A stretch of 64,000 bases of DNA from Alphaproteobacteria bacterium (lineage in GTDB: Bacteria > Pseudomonadota > Alphaproteobacteria > MPNO01 > UBA830): assembly GCA_965243135.1 (NCBI GenBank), contig OZ251539.1, positions 4,448,001 through 4,512,000 of the forward strand, given 5' to 3'. This document shows, piece after piece, positions 19,785 through 29,959 of this stretch. The position numbers were made by a program, and so were the translations under genes. The notes below the pieces were generated by a model that was given only the letters and a program-made list of their open reading frames with translations, was not told the DNA's origin and searched no databases. The first letter of the stretch is position 1; each line of letters begins with the position of its first letter.

Positions 19785-19932
19785 TTACGCGGGCAGTTTA
19801 CGTTGCGCTTCCGGATGCGCGCGGCCGGACCGCCGAACGATGCGCCGGTCTTCGCCGACGGAGCGCGGAGGCCCGCGCGGACGATCGCGGACAGCGCGGC
19901 GGCCGCCGGCCGGCCGATCCTCCGGAGGCCCG

Positions 19933-20841
19933 TCACAGCACCACCAGCATGAGCAACGGCAACGTCGCAAGCGAAATCACGGTGGAAATCAGGATCATGC
20001 CGGCGGTATCGGCGGGACTGCGGTCGAAGCGCTGGGCGAACAGAAAGTTATGCACGGCGACGGGCATGGAGCAGGCGATAATCAGAACGCCGCGTTCGGC
20101 GCCCTCCAGTTCGAGGAGAACGGACAGCGCATAGCCAACCACGAAGCCGATCGCCAGCCGGATAGCGGACACGCCGGCGTTCAACGCGATGCTCGGAACG
20201 CGGATTCCGGCGATGGCGACGCCGAGGGAAATGAGCATCAGCGGTATCGCCATACCGCCGACGAGGCGCGTGGCGTTGGCCAGCCATTCGGGAGGCTGGA
20301 TGCCCGCGAGCATGAAGAAGAGCGCGGCGGCAACGGCGTAGATGAGCGGATTGTTGTAGAGAAGGTCGGCGGCCAGACGGCCGGCGTAGATGCTCCACCC
20401 GACAACGAAACTGACCAGCGAGGACAGGACGAACACGCCGATCGCCAGCGCGAGTCCCTCGGGTCCGAACGCGAAGAGGCAGAGCGGGAGTCCCATGTTG
20501 CCGGTATTCGCGGAGGTGAACGCGGGCAGATAGGTGTGAACGGGCAGTTTCAGAAGCGCGATCACGGCGAAACCGGCCGCGATGAAGCTACAGAGCGCCA
20601 GACCGTAGGCTCCCGCGATCTTCGCCAGCGCCTCGGGACTGATCCGAAGTTCGGTCAGCGTCGAGAAGGCAAGGCACGGTATGCCGAGATAGAGCGCAAG
20701 CGCGCTCACCATCCGGGTATCGAAGGGGCGGCCGGTGCGGGCCCAGACGAAGCCTATCGCAGCGCATGCGAAAACCGGGGCCACGACCGCGAATATCTTG
20801 GAAATCAAGGAAACGCCGCCCCGTTTCGGTCGCGAGGCCAA
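19933..20841 (-). CDS. AEC (auxin efflux carrier) family transporter
   Basis: Multiple TM helices; NTGNMGLP, AIPLMLISLG, SMPVAV. Confidence 0.9.
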   Translation of the reverse strand: MASRPKRGGVSLISKIFAVVAPVFACAAIGFVWARTGRPFDTRMVSALALYLGIPCLAFSTLTELRISPEALAKIAGAYGLALCSFIAAGFAVIALLKLPVHTYLPAFTSANTGNMGLPLCLFAFGPEGLALAIGVFVLSSLVSFVVGWSIYAGRLAADLLYNNPLIYAVAAALFFMLAGIQPPEWLANATRLVGGMAIPLMLISLGVAIAGIRVPSIALNAGVSAIRLAIGFVVGYALSVLLELEGAERGVLIIACSMPVAVHNFLFAQRFDRSPADTAGMILISTVISLATLPLLMLVVL

Positions 20842-20931
20842 CCGCGGGACGGAAGCCGGCGCCGCAAAGGCGGCGGAACCGGCCGCGCAGCGGTCCGGGC
20901 GTTGCGGCGCGGACGGCGAGGTCCAATCACC

Positions 20932-21390
20932 CTACTCCTCCGTCAACGCCGCGAGATCGCTCATGTCCTCGATCATGCGGCGCCAGCGATCTTCGCCGAA
21001 AGCCGCGACGAGCCGGTCCTGCGCTTCCCTCCACACCGGCGTCGCGCGTTCGATGGCGACCTCGCCTGCCCCGGTGATCGACGCGACGCGTTCCCGGCGG
21101 TCGCTGCCGGGCGAGATCCGGACCAGCCCCCGGTCGGCGAGCACCTTGAGGTTTCGGGTCAGGGTCGTGCGGTCGAGCGCCAGATGCTCCGCGAGCCGGG
21201 TCGCCGACGCCGGCCCCATCATGGCCACCGCCCCGAGCATGGTGAACTGCGTCGCCTTTATTCCGCTGTCCGCCATGATGTCGTCGTAGAACTGGGTTAT
21301 CGCACGCGAGGCGCGGCGAACGTTGAAACACGTGCAGTGCCACGCAACGCGAACCTGGGTCGGGTTGGCAAGCGGATCGTTTTCGCTCAT
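20932..21390 (-). CDS. MarR family transcriptional regulator
   Basis: CTCFNVRRASRAITQFYD, LDRTTLTRNL, DRR. Confidence 0.92.
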   Translation of the reverse strand: MSENDPLANPTQVRVAWHCTCFNVRRASRAITQFYDDIMADSGIKATQFTMLGAVAMMGPASATRLAEHLALDRTTLTRNLKVLADRGLVRISPGSDRRERVASITGAGEVAIERATPVWREAQDRLVAAFGEDRWRRMIEDMSDLAALTEE

Positions 21391-21418
21391 ATGCGTGCAT
21401 TAACACGCATATGAGCGA
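21383..21418. promoter_or_regulatory. Perfect 15-bp inverted repeat over the marR start codon (probable operator)
   Basis: TCGCTCATATGCGTG-cattaa-CACGCATATGAGCGA. Confidence 0.7.
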
Positions 21419-21572
21419 CTCGTCCATCACTTTTTGGGCGAACGACACGCCGCGGCCTTCGCGCGGCGGCGGCGGAACGTCCCGACCGGCAGGCGCGGCC
21501 GCGGGAACCGCGCTTCGACATCCCGGACCCGCCGGGATAGGCTGGCGACGCGACGGTTCGGGAGACGGCGCG

Positions 21573-22139
21573 ATGGTGAGGCTGGACAAAATATACACCG
21601 GCGGCGGCGACGCCGGCCAAACCTCGCTCGGCGACGGCGCCCGGGTTTCGAAAGCGGCGGCGCGCGTCTGCGCCCAGGGCGACATCGACGAAACCAACGC
21701 CGCGATCGGGCTCGCGCGCCGTCATGCGGCACCGGTTTCGGCGGACGAAATCCTCGCCCGCGCGCAGAACGACCTGTTCGATCTTGGCGCGGACATCGCG
21801 CGGCCCGGGCGCGACGACGCCGACGGCCGCCTTCGCGTCAAGCCGGACCAGGTCGCCCGCCTCGAACGCGAAATCGACGCGATCAACGAGGACCTCTCGC
21901 CGCTCGCCTCCTTCGTGCTGCGCGGCGGAAACGATTTCGCGGCCTCGCTCCACTACGCCTGCACGGTATGCCGGCGCGCCGAACGCGCCGCCTGCGCCCT
22001 CGCCGCCGAAGAGGAGGTCAACCCGCAAGCCCTCGCGTACCTCAACAGGTTGTCGGACCTCCTTTTCGTCATGGCGCGCGCCGCCAACGACAGCGGCAAA
22101 GCCGACGTGCTCTGGAAACCGGGCGCAACCACGAGATGA
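21573..22139 (+). CDS. pduO: PduO-type ATP:cob(I)alamin adenosyltransferase
   Basis: KIYTGGGDAGQTSL, GDIDETN, QNDLFDLGAD, CRRAER, YLNRLSD. Confidence 0.92.
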   Translation: MVRLDKIYTGGGDAGQTSLGDGARVSKAAARVCAQGDIDETNAAIGLARRHAAPVSADEILARAQNDLFDLGADIARPGRDDADGRLRVKPDQVARLEREIDAINEDLSPLASFVLRGGNDFAASLHYACTVCRRAERAACALAAEEEVNPQALAYLNRLSDLLFVMARAANDSGKADVLWKPGATTR

Positions 22140-22766
22140 AGCCCTTTCGGCGAAATTCCGGACGATCAGGCGAACGTCCTGCCGCGGCTTTCCGTTGTTG
22201 CAGTTCTCTTCCGGTCGACCGCGTCCCCGGCAGCTGCGGTCTCAGGGTTGTCCGACCGCTTGCGCCCATCGTCGGACGGTCGATTTCGAGCAAGGTTTTC
22301 TCTCCTGAAACGTTGATGAGTTTTCCGCCGACGCCCGCTCGGGACAAGCCCGTTTCCTGCCAGCTTGCGCAGACGGCGGCTTTCGTCAATTCCTCCCCCT
22401 CCCCCCATGTCCCGCCATGACTCCCGCTCGCAGCTTGCCCTTGATTCGCGAGGCAGCGGCACTTGCGGTTGCGGGGGTTAGGGTTCGGGACGGAGATCGC
22501 CTTGGGACAAAGTTTCCGCAAGAGACTTTCTCGCCACTCGACGAAGGCCTCGCGCCCAGCCGATATGGCGGACGTCTCCGCCGAGAAAGTCGGCCACTGC
22601 AGCTCGGTTCTCGATCTTTCCGTGACAGGTCCTTCTTTCTGCTGTATGGTATGTTCGCTCGCGTTGCTTGTTCGGCGTTTCGCCATATATTGTTCTTATA
22701 CTGCAGGAACGCCGACAGGCTAGCGGCAGTACGGCCGCAGCCAGCGAGATTGGAGACGGAAACAAC

Positions 22767-23222
22767 ATGAACAAAGACTTGGAATATTTCGTCGACGGCA
22801 AGCCGTTTTCAATTGCGAAACCGGAACCGACCGTCGCGGAAATACTGGCCCGCGCGGAGGTATCCATCCAACAGTTTTACCTTGTGTCGGCGGATGGAAC
22901 GGAATACCGCGAGCCGGACAAGACGATCAAATTACGTTCGAGCGACCGGTTCGAGACGAAAAAGCGAACGGATACGAGGCCGGTTTCTAATACCTACACC
23001 GTCAATGGAGAAATCCAGACCACGGAACGCCACTCGCTAGCCGTGGAAACGATTCTGAAAACTGCCGGCAAGGCGGCCAGCATCGACGTTACGCAAATCA
23101 ACAGTTATTTTCTTGAAAACCTCGCCGACGGCCGTAAATACGAGAAGCTTTCCGATCAGGTGGCAATCCAAGACGGCGACAAATTTCTGGCCGTTCACAT
23201 TGGAAGAACGCCGGTAGCATGA
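22767..23222 (+). CDS. Multi-ubiquitin-domain protein (two tandem beta-grasp domains)
   Basis: Two repeats of Y.V[DN]G...T..EIL..A...Y.L......Y....I....D.F; ends HIGRTPVA; GGAG upstream. Confidence 0.75.
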   Translation: MNKDLEYFVDGKPFSIAKPEPTVAEILARAEVSIQQFYLVSADGTEYREPDKTIKLRSSDRFETKKRTDTRPVSNTYTVNGEIQTTERHSLAVETILKTAGKAASIDVTQINSYFLENLADGRKYEKLSDQVAIQDGDKFLAVHIGRTPVA

Positions 23223-23599
23223 TTCCACTCAGAGAAATCTCCTCGGAATTACGCGCTCTCGGATACCAGTCCGAGATCGTGGCAAACAGCGAGTTCGGAG
23301 GATGCAGCGCCGTCTTGTTCGATTATCCAGTCGCCACAGGCAGACACAAAAACCATACGTTCAGACTCGGCATCGGTTTCCAGGAGGAGGGATATCCGGA
23401 ATATCCGCCCCATTTCGTGTATGTTGCCGACCTTCCCAACCCGCAACTCCCGATACATACCTCTTTCCGTTACGATGATGCGGAATGGTCAGCGTTCAGC
23501 GTACCGCCCAGCGACTTCTGGGACGGCCTCCCGTTCCAAGACAAAAACATGAAGACCTACGTTTATCGGCACCTTGCAAGATTCTGGAGTCAGGTTTGA
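23219..23599 (+). CDS. Prokaryotic E2/UBC-like protein (no Cys in the expected active-site region)
   Basis: DYPVATG, GYPEYPPHF, WSAFSVPP, NMKTYV..HL; ATGA overlap with the Ubl gene. Confidence 0.7.
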   Translation: MIPLREISSELRALGYQSEIVANSEFGGCSAVLFDYPVATGRHKNHTFRLGIGFQEEGYPEYPPHFVYVADLPNPQLPIHTSFRYDDAEWSAFSVPPSDFWDGLPFQDKNMKTYVYRHLARFWSQV

Positions 23600-25065
23600 G
23601 GTACGATGCCGTTCTGACCGAACAAGTCCATGAAAAGGCGTGCGCGCTCCTTCTCAAGCATGCGCGGGAAGGTCAGGCGCAAGAGGAACTGTCTTTTGCC
23701 CTGTGGCGGCCGAGTACGGGGGCGACCCGGAAATCGGCCCTTATATTCGACATCATTCCACCCGCTGAAGGCGAACGTCATCTCCACGGAAACGCCAGCT
23801 TCGAGCCCGGCTACCTGACGCGCGCCATCAGACTTGCCTGCGTTGAAAAATCCGGCCTAGCGTTCATGCACAACCACCTCGCCAACGGCTGGCAGGAAAT
23901 GAGTCCCGAGGACGAAATCGCAGAAAGGGACCGCATCTCGCCGCCAGCGCGCGCATGCGGATTTCCATTGGTTGGTTTGACGTTAGGAACGGACGGTGGA
24001 TGGAGCGCTCGTTTCTGGACATGGGACGGTCGCCGCTTCAAACTATCCTGGTGCGATAAAGTCCGGGTTACCGGACGAAAACAGCGCATTACCTTCAACG
24101 ACCATAACGCGCCTCCACCTCGCCGACGCGCTATGCTGCGTAGAACCATCGACACATGGGGCGAAGCGCGACAGCACGACCTCGCCCGCCTTCGAGTCGG
24201 CGTGGTCGGCGTCGGGAGCGTAGGGTCCATGGTGGCCGAGACATTAGCAAGAATCGGTATAGAGAAGATTGTGCTCATCGACCCGGATCGGGTGGAAACG
24301 CACAATATCGACCGGTTGCTTCACGCCAGGAGGAAGGACATCGGAAAACACAAGGTGGAACTTACCGCACGATGCCTGAAGGCCGGCGCGACGGCAGAGA
24401 ACTTCGACGTATCCGTGCACAGAGAGTTCATTCAGCGAAAGAGCGCCTACCTTGCGGCTCTCGATTGCGACATCCTGTTTTCTGCGGTGGATCGTCCTCT
24501 ACCGAAGGACTTGCTGAACCGCATCGCTTACGCTCACTGCATACCGGTGATTTTCGGCGGCGTTTTCGTTGACAATAAACCCGATGGATCGTTGGGACAG
24601 GCAGCGTGGAGCGTGGTGACGGCGGGCCCCGACAGGCGCTGTCTTCGATGCGACGGCCAATATAATACTTCGGAGGTCGCGATGGAGCGGGACGGCTCTC
24701 TGGACAAGGCTAGCTACGTTCGACAAGCGGCGGCAGCGGATGGTATGCTGCCCAATCAGAACGTGTTTCCATTTAGCGCAAATCTAGCGAGCTTCATGAT
24801 AATTGAAATGGTGCGCCTCGTGGCGTCGGACGATTGGTGGCCGGACATGGGCGGTAAGCTGCACTACAGCATGATACCTAGCCGTTTGCGCACCGAGCAG
24901 GGACAATGTTCGGTCAGTTGTTCCGTCAGCAGCAGTTTGACTCTCGGGGATCTGTACCGGTATCCTTTCCTCTCCGCCGACAAGTCGATCAACCGGACAT
25001 CGAGAACCTTTCTCCGGCCTCTTAGAGAGCTGATATCGAGGTTTCCGATCAGGAGACAGCGCTGA
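23596..25065 (+). CDS. JAB/MPN peptidase - ThiF/E1 adenylating enzyme fusion
   Basis: Probable TTG start overlapping the E2 stop (GGAG RBS). N-terminal E..HNH-x8-S-x2-D; E1 GVGSVG, DPDRVETHNIDR, VD, CLRC, C-terminal CSVSC. Confidence 0.85.
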   Translation: MRYDAVLTEQVHEKACALLLKHAREGQAQEELSFALWRPSTGATRKSALIFDIIPPAEGERHLHGNASFEPGYLTRAIRLACVEKSGLAFMHNHLANGWQEMSPEDEIAERDRISPPARACGFPLVGLTLGTDGGWSARFWTWDGRRFKLSWCDKVRVTGRKQRITFNDHNAPPPRRRAMLRRTIDTWGEARQHDLARLRVGVVGVGSVGSMVAETLARIGIEKIVLIDPDRVETHNIDRLLHARRKDIGKHKVELTARCLKAGATAENFDVSVHREFIQRKSAYLAALDCDILFSAVDRPLPKDLLNRIAYAHCIPVIFGGVFVDNKPDGSLGQAAWSVVTAGPDRRCLRCDGQYNTSEVAMERDGSLDKASYVRQAAAADGMLPNQNVFPFSANLASFMIIEMVRLVASDDWWPDMGGKLHYSMIPSRLRTEQGQCSVSCSVSSSLTLGDLYRYPFLSADKSINRTSRTFLRPLRELISRFPIRRQR

Positions 25066-26309
25066 TGGGAAAAATCATCGAATTTCGATTGCGGGACGTA
25101 CGATGCTTTGACGGTGAACAGTCCGCCAAACTGGGCCGAATCACCTTGCTTGTAGGCGAAAACAGTGCGGGAAAATCAACCTTCATGGGTTGTTACCAAG
25201 CCTTTGCAAAACTAGCCAATCTGCTCGATCTCGGCGAGGAAAACCATTTCAACGCTCCCCCATTCCGGATGGGTTCCTTCGGTACGGTCGTTCGAGCGGG
25301 GAAAACCGATTTCACCATCGGGGGCATCTTTGAAAATCATTGTCATACTGACGCCGCATTTACGTTCGTCGCGGGGGACGGGGACAAACCCGTTGAGCAG
25401 GAAGTTCGTTTCCGCTTCAATGACAAACAAGGCGGAAATCATGAAATCGGTATCATCCACAAGTCGCCCAAACGCGATATCTTGACATTCGAAGGGCCGA
25501 ATTTCCACTTTGATCTGGACAGAAGCGAGATCTCATATATTCCTATATCGACGTGGTTGTCACGCTATGTTCGGTTTGGCTATTTACCTTTCCGCGGCGA
25601 ACCAGCCGATTTCAGGGCGCGCAACGACGTTTCGGAAAAAGACGAAATCGAGTTCGCCAAATTCATAGGCTTCTTCCGATCAAGTTTCGACTTTCCCGGT
25701 CCCCCGCCGTTCACGGTTAACGCTCTCGATCCCCATTTCCCGGCCCGCGAACGTGTTTATTCCGCATTGCCTTCCTATCTAGAAGACCTCGAATCCGGTT
25801 TGCGATCCGAATTCGCAGCAATCGGGTCGATAATGAAACTGTGGAACGACATTACGACCGAGGCCGCCCCAGACGGCTCGCAAGTATTGGTTGACGTTGC
25901 GGGCGGCTTACGCAATCTGGTCGATGTCGGCTATGGCGTTCACAGCCTATTGCCGCTGATCAATGCCATCTTGGGATCGAAATCGGTACTGTTGCTTCAG
26001 CAGCCGGAGATTCATGTCCATCCGATGGCGCAAGCCCGTTTGGCGCAGTTTATGGCTGAAAATGATCGAGACTTTATCATCGAAACGCATAGCGAACACT
26101 TTGTGGACCGCTTCAGGATATGCGTCATGGACGGCATTCTGCGGCCGGAGGATCTGTCCATCGTTTACTTTGAACCTCATGCGGACGGAACGAAGTGTCG
26201 AATTCACAGCATTTCCGTGGATGCTGAAGCTAATTTGTTGGACGTGCCAAAGAGTTATAGATCATTCTTCGTTGAGGAGACCGAGCGGTTGTTGGGTCTA
26301 GAAAGGTGA
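25065..26309 (+). CDS. ABC-type/AAA_21 ATPase with a DUF3696-like C-terminus
   Basis: Walker A GENSAGKS, signature LVDVGYGV, Walker B-like LLLQQPEIHVHP, ETHSEH; TGATG overlap with E1. Confidence 0.85.
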   Translation: MGKIIEFRLRDVRCFDGEQSAKLGRITLLVGENSAGKSTFMGCYQAFAKLANLLDLGEENHFNAPPFRMGSFGTVVRAGKTDFTIGGIFENHCHTDAAFTFVAGDGDKPVEQEVRFRFNDKQGGNHEIGIIHKSPKRDILTFEGPNFHFDLDRSEISYIPISTWLSRYVRFGYLPFRGEPADFRARNDVSEKDEIEFAKFIGFFRSSFDFPGPPPFTVNALDPHFPARERVYSALPSYLEDLESGLRSEFAAIGSIMKLWNDITTEAAPDGSQVLVDVAGGLRNLVDVGYGVHSLLPLINAILGSKSVLLLQQPEIHVHPMAQARLAQFMAENDRDFIIETHSEHFVDRFRICVMDGILRPEDLSIVYFEPHADGTKCRIHSISVDAEANLLDVPKSYRSFFVEETERLLGLER

Positions 26310-26315
26310 GAATTT

Positions 26316-26783
26316 ATGTGCATGAAGATCATCATAGATGCATGTGCATTTGGCAGTGTCTTGGATAGCGACAGAGATTCCATCTTGCGCAAATGGATCG
26401 ACAATCGAAATTGTATCGTCGTATACACGGAATCAGGAACCTATGGGGAGGAATTACGCGGAAGCCGCAGGATGCTGCGACTGTTTGGGGAATATCGCCG
26501 CAACGGCTCTGCGGAACTTGTGGATAATAACAGATTGCGGGCTGTAGCAGGGGCGTTGCAAAATAAGGTTGTTCGCTCGAACGACGAACACATATTGCAT
26601 CTGGCCTTGGCCAGCAAAGCGCTGATGCTACGAACGGAAGAACGCGCAAATTTACGGGCAGATTTTGTCGATAAAGATTTGTTGCCGAAAATCGGCAGGA
26701 AAAAGCGCGCCGTATACCCGGAAAGCGGATCTCCGAGGGTCAAGCGACAGTTTCTTGATCGAAGAAGATGCCCCAGCACATGA
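26316..26783 (+). CDS. PIN-like domain protein (putative nuclease effector)
   Basis: N-terminal IIIDAC, SNDEHILHLALASKA, L..DF; 6 nt after the ATPase. Confidence 0.6.
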   Translation: MCMKIIIDACAFGSVLDSDRDSILRKWIDNRNCIVVYTESGTYGEELRGSRRMLRLFGEYRRNGSAELVDNNRLRAVAGALQNKVVRSNDEHILHLALASKALMLRTEERANLRADFVDKDLLPKIGRKKRAVYPESGSPRVKRQFLDRRRCPST

Positions 26784-27085
26784 AGCTGAATGGCTGCCGG
26801 TTGGAAAATTGTCGCCTGCTACCTACATGTTCGTGTATCCGTGGGCGGCCGTTTATCCGAAACGTTCGACTGGTCGAGAAGGAGGTCGCGTTGGAGGCGG
26901 ACATTGTTCCGTTCTCTTTTCCGCGCATTTCTCCGAGAACGACCGCGCCATCGTCGAGATTTGTCCGATTCCGTCTTTCGGTTGCGCTTTCAACCCGACA
27001 GGAAGCGTTGAATTCGTTCGGGAAGAAATGGTAAGTGAAACCAGACCGCGGCGCGGGACGACAAGGCGATCAAGGAGGGCATGGA

Positions 27086-27460
27086 ATGACAACGACGTTT
27101 CTCGGACTCAGGACCACGATCTACAAGGTCGGCGACCTTGATCGCGCCAAGGAATGGTATGCCGAAGCGTTCGGCGTCGAACCGTATTTCGACCAGCCGT
27201 CCTATGTCGGCTTCAGCGTCAGGGGATACGAGCTCGGCCTGATGCCCGACGACGGAACGCCTGCGGACAAGCCCGACAACGTGCTTAGCTACTGGGGCGT
27301 GGAGAATATCCGCGAAGAGACCGGCAGGCTGATCGCGCTTGGAGCGACCGAGCACGAAAAACCGGTCAACGTGGGCGGAGAAATCATGGTGGCGTCCGTC
27401 CGGGATCCCTGGGGCAACGTGATCGGCCTGATCCGCAATCCCGAGTTCAAGGCCGAATGA
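27086..27460 (+). CDS. VOC/glyoxalase family protein
   Basis: VGDLDRAKEWY, YWGV, DPWGNVIGL; RBS AAGGAGG. Confidence 0.9.
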   Translation: MTTTFLGLRTTIYKVGDLDRAKEWYAEAFGVEPYFDQPSYVGFSVRGYELGLMPDDGTPADKPDNVLSYWGVENIREETGRLIALGATEHEKPVNVGGEIMVASVRDPWGNVIGLIRNPEFKAE

Positions 27461-28319
27461 CCGGCCCGGCGCCCCTGCCTCCGACCGCCTCGGCGGTCAT
27501 GCCGACGGCGCCGGCGCGATCCGTTGCCCAGAGAGCGATGCGCGCGCCGTCCGGCCTGCCCCACAGCGTGAAATCCCCATCGTCGTATATCGGATGTCCG
27601 GAACGAAACGAAAATCCGGCGATCCTGAATTCGGGCCTCTTGCGCCGAACCAGTTCCAGCATGAGCCTCGCGATCAGCGCGCCCTGCACCAGAAGGCCCG
27701 GATAGCCTCGCGCGCGGGCGAAATCCCGGTCGTAGTGAACGCGGTGGCTGTTGAAAGTCACCGCCGAATGCCGAAACATCAGAACCGGATCGGGAGCGAC
27801 GGTTTCCGACCAGACGGCGGCGGCGGGCGGTTCGCCGGCAGGCCGGCTCCTCGACCCGCGCGGCGCTCCCGACGGCCGGAAAATGACGTCGTTCTCCTCC
27901 GTCACGGCGAGTCCCGCCGGGCCGTAAATGCGATGACGCACCAGTCCGACGACGAACGCGCCCCCTCTCCCCTGCTTCAGATCGAACGACGCCATTTCCG
28001 ACTCCTTGCGGATGCGGTCTCCGATCCGGAGCGCCCGATCGAACCGGTAGCGCGCGCCGCCGAACAGCCTGACCGGATACTCGGGCGCGGCCGGAAGCAG
28101 TTCCTCGTCTCTGGCGAGTCCGTCGGGGCCGAGTCTGGACGGCGGCAGGCTGGCCGAGCAAAACAGCCCGTGCCAGAGCGGCGGAAGGGGATCTCCCTCG
28201 ACCGGGGCCGGCTCTTCGCGGCCGAACGCCGCCATCAGCCGAACGACCGGCGCAATCGTCACCGTATCTTCCGCCTCGACGAGACGGCCGCGCGCCGCGC
28301 TCAGCGATGCCGGAATCAT
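27447..28319 (-). CDS. Double hot-dog (MaoC/FAS1-like) acyl-CoA dehydratase/hydratase
   Basis: LPPLWH, LGPDG, RLFGG, FRHSAVTFNSHRVHYD, YPGLLVQG. Confidence 0.82.
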   Translation of the reverse strand: MIPASLSAARGRLVEAEDTVTIAPVVRLMAAFGREEPAPVEGDPLPPLWHGLFCSASLPPSRLGPDGLARDEELLPAAPEYPVRLFGGARYRFDRALRIGDRIRKESEMASFDLKQGRGGAFVVGLVRHRIYGPAGLAVTEENDVIFRPSGAPRGSRSRPAGEPPAAAVWSETVAPDPVLMFRHSAVTFNSHRVHYDRDFARARGYPGLLVQGALIARLMLELVRRKRPEFRIAGFSFRSGHPIYDDGDFTLWGRPDGARIALWATDRAGAVGMTAEAVGGRGAGPVIRP

Positions 28320-28565
28320 GGTCGTTCTCCTCCGCGGGCATCCGCCTTCCATCCCGGACGACGATCAGGTCCGCCGCGCCCTCGACACTTCCGTTGGCCG
28401 GCCTCGACGCCGCGCCGAAAAACGGCAATGCTCATGCTTCCGGACGTCAAGACGGGGTCTGCGGACGGGCCGGGTTGCGCCGAGTCGCGCGTTCGCCGCG
28501 CCCCCAACGAGCGCGACGGATCCATCCGTTCTCTGGCGCGCCTCCGCTCAAGCGCTCCGACCTCT

Positions 28566-29771
28566 TCAAACCCGTTCGATCACCGTCGCTATTCCTTGTC
28601 CGACGCCGATGCACATGGTGCAAAGCGCCCGCTTCCCGCCGTTGCGCTCGAGTTCGTAGAGCGCGGCGGCGATCAGCCTGGCTCCCGACATGCCGAGAGG
28701 GTGGCCGAGCGCGATGGCGCCGCCGTTGGGATTGATTCGCGGATCGTCGTCGGCAAGGCCGAGTTCGCGAGTGCAGGCGAGAGCCTGGGCGGCGAAAGCC
28801 TCGTTGAATTCCATAACGTCCATGTCGTCGAGCGCGAGGCCCGCGCGCTCCAGCGCGCGGCGAGTGGCGGGCACGGGACCGATGCCCATGATGCGCGGCG
28901 GCACCCCGGCGGTCGCGGCGGCGACGACGCGAGCGCGCGGCGTCAGGCCGTGCTTCCGCGCCGCCTCTTCGTCGGCAAGAACGAGCGCGGCGGCACCGTC
29001 GTTGACGCCCGACGAGTTGCCAGCCGTAACGGTGCCGCCTTTCCTGAAGGCAGGGCGCAGTTTCTTGAGGTCTTCCATGGCGGTGCCGTGACGCGGATGT
29101 TCGTCGGTATCGACCGTCACGGGGTCGCCGCGGCGGCGCGGCACCGCGACCGGCACGATCTCCGCCGAGAGGCGCCCTTCCTTCTGAGCGGCTTCGGCCT
29201 TGCGCTGGCTCCAGTGCGCGAACCGATCCTGGTCCTCGCGCGTGATCTGGCGCTCTTCGGCGAGATTCTCGGCGGTCTCTCCCATGGCGTCGATGCCGTA
29301 CATCTCTTCCATCTTGGGATTCACGAAGCGCCAGCCGATGGTCGTATCGTGGATCTCGGCCTTGCGGGAAAACGCTGTATCCGATTTGGCCATCACGAAG
29401 GGGGCGCGCGACATGCTCTCGACGCCGCCGGCGACGACGAGGCCGGCCTCCCCGGTCCGGATCGCCCGCGCGCCCTGAGCCGTCGCTTCCATTCCGGATC
29501 CGCAGAGGCGGTTCACGGTGGCGCCGCCGACTTCGAGCGGCAGACCTGCAAGCAGGCTGGACATCCGCGCGACATTGCGGTTGTCCTCGCCTGCTTGGTT
29601 CGCGTTTCCGAAATAGACGTCGTCGGCCGCTTCCCAGTCGACCCCTTCGTTGCGGTCCATCAGGGCGCGAATGGGGACCGCGCCGAGATCGTCGGTGCGA
29701 ACGGCGCTGAGCGCGCCGCCGTAGCGGCCGATGGGAGTGCGAACTGCGTCGCAGACGAAAGCTTCCGGCAT
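28566..29771 (-). CDS. pcaF: 3-oxoadipyl-CoA thiolase (PcaF/PaaJ)
   Basis: [49 protein letters not shown]. Confidence 0.92.
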   Translation of the reverse strand: MPEAFVCDAVRTPIGRYGGALSAVRTDDLGAVPIRALMDRNEGVDWEAADDVYFGNANQAGEDNRNVARMSSLLAGLPLEVGGATVNRLCGSGMEATAQGARAIRTGEAGLVVAGGVESMSRAPFVMAKSDTAFSRKAEIHDTTIGWRFVNPKMEEMYGIDAMGETAENLAEERQITREDQDRFAHWSQRKAEAAQKEGRLSAEIVPVAVPRRRGDPVTVDTDEHPRHGTAMEDLKKLRPAFRKGGTVTAGNSSGVNDGAAALVLADEEAARKHGLTPRARVVAAATAGVPPRIMGIGPVPATRRALERAGLALDDMDVMEFNEAFAAQALACTRELGLADDDPRINPNGGAIALGHPLGMSGARLIAAALYELERNGGKRALCTMCIGVGQGIATVIERV

Positions 29772-29870
29772 GACAGAATCCCGACAGTTGCAGCGGAGCG
29801 CATTCTTGTCGATGCGCCGTCGTGCGGCAAGGCCGTTTCGCGCGGAACGGAGGCGCATCGCCGGAAAGGG

Positions 29871-29959
29871 GGCGCTCGCGCTCGCGCGCGGAGATCCGCA
29901 TTCCGGAATCTCCATAGATTCTCGTAGTGCCGGCGCTCGCGCTCGCGCGCGGAGATCCG
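29871..29959. repeat. 28-bp exact direct repeat pair with a 33-bp spacer (61-bp period)
   Basis: GGCGCTCGCGCTCGCGCGCGGAGATCCG at 29871-29898 and 29932-29959. Confidence 0.85.

Noticed and set aside
22382-22407. TTCGTCAATTCCTCCCCCTCCCCCCA resembling a tRNA-Ser 3' end at the ubiquitin island edge
   Set aside because: Short and low-complexity, with several mismatches and no matching copy at the other edge.
22069-22686. 205-aa minus-strand ORF divergent from the ubiquitin operon, considered as a regulator
   Set aside because: No HTH or other motif is recognisable; it cannot be supported.
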